Shown piece after piece: positions 51,001 through 60,000 of a DNA stretch of 64,000 nt. Source of the stretch: Ylistrum balloti (Eukaryota); the NCBI RefSeq assembly GCF_031769215.1, contig NW_026782194.1, positions 248,001 to 312,000 of the forward strand, in the 5' to 3' direction. The stretch's first letter is position 1. Each line of letters opens with the position of its first letter. The notes beneath the pieces were generated by a model. It ran no database searches, was not told the DNA's origin, and saw only the letters and a list, made by a program, of their open reading frames with translations. The translations under genes were made by a program, and so were the position numbers.

Positions 51001-54000
51001 CTTCCATAAGTATGTTTACAAATTTTGCATCGGTGCCATGTTTTCAGCATGGTGTGTACTTTATCTGCATGTCTTCTCAGGTTTTCTAAACTTGAGTACG
51101 TTTTGCCGCATTTTATGCACAGTATTCTCGGCTTTACTTGCGTCTTTTGATCTGTTGCCTGTTTCCTTGGTGTTTGTTTCGTACGCGCCATCACGATATA
51201 ATATTAAGACCTTCTGGCTGCGTTGTTCTCAATATCCTGATCCAACTCTCTTCAATTCTCAGGCGACGGTTGTTATCACTGACGTTCGATAACAGACCGG
51301 TGACTATGACGTCACTGGTACTGTGACCTGGCGACGTGAAATGTCCCGCCACCGGCTTGTCTGGGTGTTTGTTAATGATGCTATACAGATGATTGCGGAT
51401 GCGTGTATTTATCGTCGTCGATGTTTGTCCGACATACTGCATACCGCATTTTTTACATGATATTAGGTACACCGCGTTCACACTTTGGCATGTGATCTGT
51501 CCCTGTACTTTATATTCTGATCTGGTAGTGTGACTTGTGAAGTGGATAGTGGGTTTCATATGCGCACATATTCTGCAGTTTTTTCCGCACGGACAACTGC
51601 CCGGTCGGATAGAGTCACAACCGTCGCCTGAGAATTGAAGAGAGTTGGATCAGGATATTGAGAACAATGCAGTCAGAAGGTCTTAATATTATATCGTGAT
51701 GGCGCGTACGAAACAAACACCAAGGAAACAGGCAACAGATCAAAAGACGCAAGTAAAGCCGAGAATACCGTGCATAAAATGCGGCAAAACGTACTCAAGT
51801 TTAGGAAACCTGAGAAGACATGCAGATAAAGTACACACCATGCTGAAAACATGGCACCGATGCAAAATTTGTAAACATACTTATGGAAGGAAAGGGGCGT
51901 ACAAAGAACATTTAAAGAAAAAACACCCAGGATACCAAGTGGAGCCTGAAATTTTCCAGGATAACACCAGAATGAAACGCAACTAAACCGGAGGATAAGC
52001 GCCCGTTCGAGGTGCTGACAAAGAAACAACTACAACAAGTGAAATTCAGATTGAAACCAGCGGAGGGCCCATACGACACAGTCGGACCAGCCCATAAAAA
52101 CTATCGACCGGTTTTGGATTTAGCACTAGAAGAACTAAAGAAAGACTTGGAATTATCTGATAGTGATGATACAGCGTCAAACTCTAACATATCGTCTACG
52201 GTCGATTACCGGAGGTTAGGTTACCAGTCGGAGTCTACGTCGACGGTGTGCCTAGATGAATGAGTCTATGATGACTAGTCTATTAAGATCAGAAGAATGA
52301 CTATGCAATATACATATGTTTATATCTTGTACCACCATATTAGAAACTATCGCATATGAACTTTAAAAATTTTTTTCACTGTTAATTCCGAAAATTAAAC
52401 TAAAAATGATAACAGTAACCGTGAAGGAATATCATAGAATTTTAACCGTTACTTTATGATCATGTGATGTCTATTGTAAGACGTCATAAATAACAATGAA
52501 AACTTTCTCCCGATTTTCAGTACCTTAGGGGTAAAAAATTGTTTATACTCTGTCCTGAAGAAGCCCACTGTTCGGGCGAAACCGGTAGACATTTCACACG
52601 AATAAAAATCAACTTATCCCGAACCTGTTGCGATTGACTTATATACTTTGGTTTCCCCTATTCCTTCAATCGCCCTGCATACCGGGTGGTATCCGGGCAA
52701 GGGATATAAAGAACCAACGGAACCTTAATAAAAGTCAAGGCGTTGGCTCTACCCCTGGATTTACGTAATCCATTTCATTGTTATGTCAGGATGCTAGCAC
52801 ACCCTACATCAGTACACTAATGATATTAAGAGAACATGCTATTTATTAGCCCACCATCCTCGAATGGTTTGCTGTATAAATCACCTTTTGTCTGTAGCTA
52901 TGGTTTGGCTTTCCTTAAAAAATTGTTGTCATTGATATTTCTTCAGAAGTGCTGGATGTATCATTTACAAATTTCATATGTAAGTTTCTCTTGGTCCCTA
53001 ATTGTTTGTTTTCCTATTTTAGTCTGCCATGTCACACGAGGTGGGCTGATCAGATAAGTTATTGTGAGTGGTCAGTGGTCCATAAGCAGTTCTTGTTATC
53101 GCTACTCCCTAGAAACATTCCTTGGGATTTTTTTCTGAACTGTCAGTATATATGTCCCTTGGTCCCTAATTAGTCGTGATTTTCTGATATATCTGATTTC
53201 AAGATGGCCACCAGTAGTCATATTGGGATTTAGCAGGAAAGTTTGATATTTTTCCTTTTCCAAAACTATCAAAGGTGATTAGTGTCCATCTTTTAATTGC
53301 TGTGTTGATGTTGAACTTATTTTTCAGACGAGCATATCTAGTGTTGATGATGGTTCTACTGTTTGCTTTGTTCCCATCTGGAAATGTGACATTACTTACT
53401 GATATTTACATGACAGATGTCGTCCATGAAGACATTTTGCAGGAAAACCTGTAGGTCTTTTCCTCCTTGTACCATTTGAGGGGTCTCTATAGAAATCTTT
53501 CCTTTGTTCATATTTTACCCTAGTTTCATAAAATTTGAGTTTGACTTAGGATTCTTTCGACATGTTGGTATTGTGTGTGTTATCATGAAATACTGGAGTA
53601 ATATTTATGTAGATTTCTGTTTGTGTCTTATTGTCCTCGGTCAGTGTTCAGAGTAAATAATTAGACAGATGACAAAAGAAGAGAAGAGATCAACTTAACA
53701 TAGACTTGATACAGAACTTATGCTGGTGGATGCCCAGATCTCTCTGGGATCTTTTGTGTGTAATAAGGAAAGAATTTCAATGGACAATCTGTCATAGAAA
53801 TTTTACCATGCGTTAATTCTACAGTGAGGGTCCATCGATGGACAGCCTGACAACAGAGACGAAGCAGATCCTCGAGGAGATCACACGCTGCCTTAACCTC
53901 GACAAATTACTGCCATGTTACCATCACACTGTGACTGTCAGGTGAGGCAATTTACTTTCACACTGTGACTGTTAGGCAAGACAAATTACCATCACATCGA

Positions 54001-57000
54001 CCCACTTGAAGAAATTTTTTAAAATCCTTTTTCTGTAGGAATTGCAGGATTATGTCTTGATTTGGTCTGAAGCATCCTTGGGTGAGGGAGACTTTTGTAT
54101 AAATGGATTTGCTGACCCCATTTGGGCAGAGGGGTGGGGGGCTAAAGGGGAAATCAATATAAATCTTAAGAATTCCTTTTGTACAATTAAAGTGAAATAT
54201 ATGCTGTAGTCGTATTTCACTGTCCTTAATTTGTCCCATAATGAGTCCCATAGTCTCCATGTCGGTCAATATCTTATGCCATTAAGAATATGTTTTCTAA
54301 TTTTGCACATGCATTCCTAATGACATTTAACTCAATTGTACCACATTTGTTCATCAACACCTTCAGTATTGCAAAATATTTTAAATTGCATGTCCTCACA
54401 TTTGTTTTGCTTTCATGAATGGCCTCCCATGTTGGACATAGTGTTTTTCTAACACATGTTAAATTTATGTTATTACTTCAGCTGTCTTAAGGCAATCAGG
54501 ATTTTACAGAAGTTTGGCCATTTGCCAAGTGATGTATCATTGTTTAAGAGCTACATGCAGTATGGTGTGTTCAGGAATGTAAGGATTGCTGCTGTTGAGG
54601 CTGTGGTAGACTACATCAAAAGTAGGTGAAATATTCTCAATTATTAAATTCTGTTGAGGCTGTGGTAGACTGTATCAAGAGTAGGTGAAATATTCTCAAT
54701 TATTAAATTCTGTTGAGGCTGTGGTAGATTACATCTAAAGTAGGTGGAATATTCTCAGCTGTTTAAAACTGTTGCGGCTGTGGTAGACTACATCAAACGT
54801 AGATGAAATATTCTTAACTATTAAACTCTGTTGAGACGTTGATAGATTACATCAAGAGTAGGTGAAAGATTCTAAACTGTTAAACTCAGTTGAGGCTGTG
54901 GTAGATTACATCTAAAGTAGAAAGTTTTTATCTCACAAGTCAATTTAACTCTGTAACATAATAGAACTTTTATCACAAACAACTTACTATAGAGATTCAT
55001 CTATTGTAACTGGTGGTGGTGTTTTACACTGTTTTCTGGCATCATCATGAAACAATTTCACTATGTTTATTTATTTTCAGCTGATTGTAAACCTGAAGAA
55101 CTACACTATCTGGTTGATGTTATAGAGAAAGATCCAGATACTTACTTCAGGTATAAATACTTTATTGTATAATCTCATAATTTTGTGGTTGTGCAAAAAT
55201 GTGCACTTTTGTCGGCTCTTAATTTCGTGGATAAATCCACAAATACTATAATCCTTGTCTAGTTTTATCAGTTCATCATTTTGTAAACATTTAAATTCAT
55301 GGATTAACAGTAACTATGAATTCAGCAAAAATAAAACCACCACAAAAAATAATGTTCTTACAGTATACTGTAGTCTGAATAGGAAATGGATAGCGTCACA
55401 CATGTCTTATGTATGAATAGAGAGCAATGATATTATATAAAGAAATTAAGTTTTTTGTAAGGTAAATTTTTCAGAAACTATTTAAGAATAAATTTGTGCT
55501 TAGGTAGGGGTGTTTGGTAATATGCTGACATTATGACTGTAGTACTGTGTGCATTCAAACATGAGCTTTAGACCACTTTACCATATATGGGTTTAAAACA
55601 CAAGGTTGCAGAGGATGTCTGTTAAGTTAATTCATACCTTGGTTTTCCCTTATAGGTTAGCCTCCAGCATCTGAAACAAGTTTCATTTTTTAAGTGACAT
55701 GACAGTAAAAGTTATTGTCATTTGTTGATCTTGTAAACAACAGTAAGTAAAGGTTGAAAGCTATGTATTCTACTTCTTTCTCCTTTCATGTATTCAGACA
55801 CGTTGTCATCAGAAAACTGGTACAGAACCCACCCTTCAAGCGCGGTGAGCACAGCCATCTACATACACAGGCCTTGGTGGAACGGCTTTGGAAACTCATG
55901 AAGTAAGTGTAACAACATGGGTTATTGTTATTGGGAGAGGGGACAGGAGACCATAAATACCTACCCATATCAATTTCATGGCATCTTGTCTGTAACTGAT
56001 GACATTCTGCTAGGTTCTTCATTTCTTTGGTGAATTAAGTGAAGTCGACAAAAGATCACTGAAATACATTAGAAGTTAACTTTTCAGGGTTTTAATTAGC
56101 TCCATATGACCATTAACAGAAATTCATTGACTTATTTGTGTGGGAGTGAGGGCGTTCCAATCTGAAATTCTGATGATTGTCACAAAGATGTGTTTTAGTA
56201 TTCAATGTAATTATTCTGTCTTAAACATCTTACAATGTGTCCTAGTCCAGCTGTGTTTAGTAGATATTGGTACTGTGTATTCTGTCGAAGATGAATGTAG
56301 ATATAAACAGTCTACCTACCTATCTAATTAAAGTGTAAGGCATTAACAAGATTTATCTTTGTTCTGGTTTACAATGCGATGAAATAGATGTGTTGATATG
56401 GTTTTGAATCAGTTGAAGATCACTTGTTAAGAAAGTATATAGGACAAGAATGTTACAGTTAAAAGGAGGAATTTGATGTGTTTAGAAATAGATTTGGTAT
56501 CCCATTTTGTTTCTTTTCCAGCATCACATTTTCCCATGATAGTCGTTTGAGGTGTGACATTGCTGACCTCTACTTCACCTTGTATGGCCGCACACGCCCC
56601 ACGTGTCTGGGGATTCCTGAGGTAAGTCACAAAACACAATTATAGAAGTGACCTCTACTTCACCTTGTATGGCCGCACACGCCCCACGTGTCTGGGGATT
56701 CCTGAGGTAAGTCACAAAACACAGTTATAGAAGTGACCTCTACTTCACCTTGTATGACTGTACATGTTCCATCTGTCTGTGGATTCCTGAGGTAAGTCAC
56801 AGAACACAATTGTAGAAGTGACCTCTACTTCACCTTGTATGACTGTACATGCCCCACATGTCTGAGGTAAGTCACTTAACACTGTTATATTTTAACCTGT
56901 AGAGTTTGTCAAGAATTTCATCCAGAATCAATGTATCACTCTAGGGATTTTATTTCTTAACTGTGTTTTCCAATAATGAAAAAAATTATTGATTTAACCC

Positions 57001-60000
57001 ATTGATTTTAATGGAATTTGAAAAGAAAATAAAGAAAAAAAATGTTAATTAACATATATAATGTTTTATGATACTTGAAAGTAAAATTATTCAAGTTTTC
57101 AAAATTTATATATTTGACTATTAAGTGTATATTGATAAATATAATATTTGATTTAAATGTTTGTAAAAGTGTAACTAGATGTTTCTTATTCTGTGAAAAT
57201 CTAACCCGAAGGGTCTGATTATGCTTCGTCCGTCGTCGTCCGCCGTGCGCCGTGCGTCGTTGCGCCGTGCGCCGTGCGCCGTCCGTAAACTTTTCATTCA
57301 AACGACTTCTTCTCAAATACTACTTGGCACAGAGGATACTGGCATGGAGCTCTACCAAGTTTGTTCAAATGAATGACCTTGACCCACTTTAAAGGTCACA
57401 GGGGTCAAATATGTTAAAATCTTTAAACAACTTCTTCTCATTAACCAAAAGGCTCAGAGTGTAGATATATATTTGTTCAAATGAATGACCCACTTTAATG
57501 TTAAAATCTTTAAACAACTTCTTCTCAATAACCAAAAGGCTCAGATTGCTAAATGGGATAATTAAATGAATGACCTTGAAAACTTTCAAGGTTCAAATAT
57601 GTCAAAATCTTTAAATAACTTCTTCTCACATACTAGAAGGCCTAGGGTGCTAATACTTGGCCCATAGCATGCTGGCATGGAGCCCTACAAAGTTTGTTCA
57701 AATGAATGACCTTGGCCCACTTTATCAAAATGTTAAAATATACAAAGGACTTCATCTCAATAAGCAAAAGTTTAGTATATTTTGTAGCATGCTATTATTT
57801 AAATGAATGAGAACAACTTTGTATCAAATTGATAAAGGCCTATATACTTATAGCATGCTGGCATGGAGCCCTACAAATTTGAATGACCTTGGCCCACTTT
57901 AAAGGTCACAGGGGTCAAATATGTTAAAATATACAAAGGACTTCATCTCAATAAGCAAAAGTCTATGAGTGCCGATATGTCTGTAGCATTAGGCTACCAA
58001 ATTTGTCAAGGTCACAGGGGTCAAATATGTTAAAATATACAAACGACTTCTTCTCAACAAGCAAAAGTCCATGAGTGCTGATATTGGGCCTGTAAGATGC
58101 TTGGAGGAGAGGCTTCCAAGTTTGTTCAAATGAATGACCTCAACCACTTTCTAGGTTTGGCTTGCTTTTTGTCAGATGACCGTTAAGGCCCATGGGCCTC
58201 TTGTTATATAAACATGTTTAATTTTGACATCTATTCCTCCTGGCATGGTCATACTTGTCTTAGGAATTAGGTTAAAAAATGTTTATAATTGTGTTGTTAA
58301 TGATATAAATTCAGTATTTTTCAAGTTGATGTTTTTTTAATTTGTAGAAGAATTGTAAAAATTACTGAAGTATTTGGGTGAAGTGCAAGATATTGTATTA
58401 TAATAATAAATAATAATATACAACATTTACATAGCGCACTATCTATTTTGACAAAATACTCTAATGCGCTTCACAATTACATAATAATCTTACTACAAAA
58501 TTTACAGAACATGTATAACACAGTAATCAACATATGTAACACAGTAACCAAATCAAGTAAGTAGTGGTGAAAGTATGTATATACAGGACGTCTGCGTGAG
58601 AGTCTAAAATGCAGACGTAAACAGGTGGGTTTTAATATCCCTCTTGAATTTGGCCAGGGATTTTGACTTTCTAGTAGCAGATGGTAAGCTGTTCCACAAA
58701 GTGGCCACTACCTTTCCAAAGCATCGGTTACCATAAGTCACAGTCCGAGAGTTCGTATAGCACAACAAGGATTCTGTCTCCGATCGTAGTGATCGTGACG
58801 GCCGATAAACGGTGACAAGTTCCTGCAAATATTCAGGAGCTGTTCCATTTATTGCCTTGTATGTATACATCAAAATCTCGCACGGGCAGCCAATGCAATA
58901 AGTAAAGGACTGGTGTAATGTGGTCCCTCTTTCGAGTACGGGTAATTAGGCGTGCTGCGGTGTTCTGTACCCTCTGCAGGCGGCTCATAAGTGTATCAGA
59001 TACACCAACGAGTAACGCGTTACCATAGTCTAACCTAGAAGTAACAAGAGAATGTACCAATGTCTTGCATACATCTGTGGTGATGAACTGACGGATACCC
59101 CCAATGTTTCTGATTTGGTGATAATTGATATTGAATTTTTTATCATTTTGTATATGGAACCATGTCTATCCTGCGAAAATCTAATTGTATAGGAGATGGG
59201 CTTATTATGTGGCGATATTGTAGTCTTTGTTAGCATTTCAACTGAAGCAAAATACCAGGCCTAATATCAGAAAAGGAGATATTACCAAAATTGAATGGCC
59301 TTTCAGCAGATAATTACCAAAACAATACAAAACATCTTTATATTTGATTCACAGAAACTTCGTTTTGTTTCAGAGTCTGGTTGTGTTCAATCTCAAAGAG
59401 AAGAAGGCAAAATTCAATCCCTCTGTGGTACCAGTGGAAATGGAGGTCAGTGATTAAACTCTTCATCACGACATAAAGCAATGATATGATGGAAAGTTAA
59501 ACAATGTATTAACCTTCTACAGTCATGGCTGAACAGACCTTTCACATGCCTTGCATCATTTGGTTAGAAAATAAAAATCTTAATCTCACTGCCAGTAATT
59601 CAGTTCTCCTCAAAACTATGTCTTGAAAAAAGGAAGAAAGAGCCGAAACTCTGTATGTATTACAGACAGAATTTGTCTACATTTCCTAAATACATAAACA
59701 AATAGAAGAGTTACTGTCAGAATTTCTGTCTTGCCTAGATAACTATTTATTATGTATTTGATGAAAAGAAGAATTGACAAACAGTTATTCTCAGATAAAA
59801 TATTGTTGCTGTCCTGTCAGCATTTTATCCAACTAGACATCACACCAATCAAAGGTTAGAATGCTATATTTGTGAATATTGAACCTTTTTCCTACACTAT
59901 TTGATAGCAGATGACCGAATATTCATAGATTAAGAATTACGTTGCATAAAAAGGCCACAATTTCACCTCTCAGGCAATGTTTGAAGATGAAGAGGAAGTA

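Larger units (their letters stand above)
50259..52765 (-). mobile_element. 5'-truncated Penelope-like retroelement (probably Neptune clade) with inverted pseudo-LTRs
   Basis: 14-bp direct repeat TAATCCATTTCATT at 50245-50258 and 52766-52779. Inverted arms 50258-51273 and 51617-52633 are about 99% identical by eye. The central segment encodes a GIY-YIG endonuclease, each arm has a hammerhead motif, and the insert is CpG-rich relative to the host intron. Confidence 0.92.

Noticed and set aside
50613-51191. Histone H3 gene or pseudogene
   Set aside because: Similarity stops after about 12 residues; there is no histone fold and C2H2 fingers follow instead.
50909-52029. ORFs 50909-51292 (+) and 51673-52029 (-)
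   Set aside because: They are antisense shadows of the zinc-finger ORF in each arm, with no independent motifs.
50258-52633. DNA transposon (Foldback/Mutator) with long TIRs
   Set aside because: There is no transposase, the arms contain the 3' end of the GIY-YIG ORF and hammerheads, and one arm has an unpaired extension, which fits PLE inverted pseudo-LTRs.
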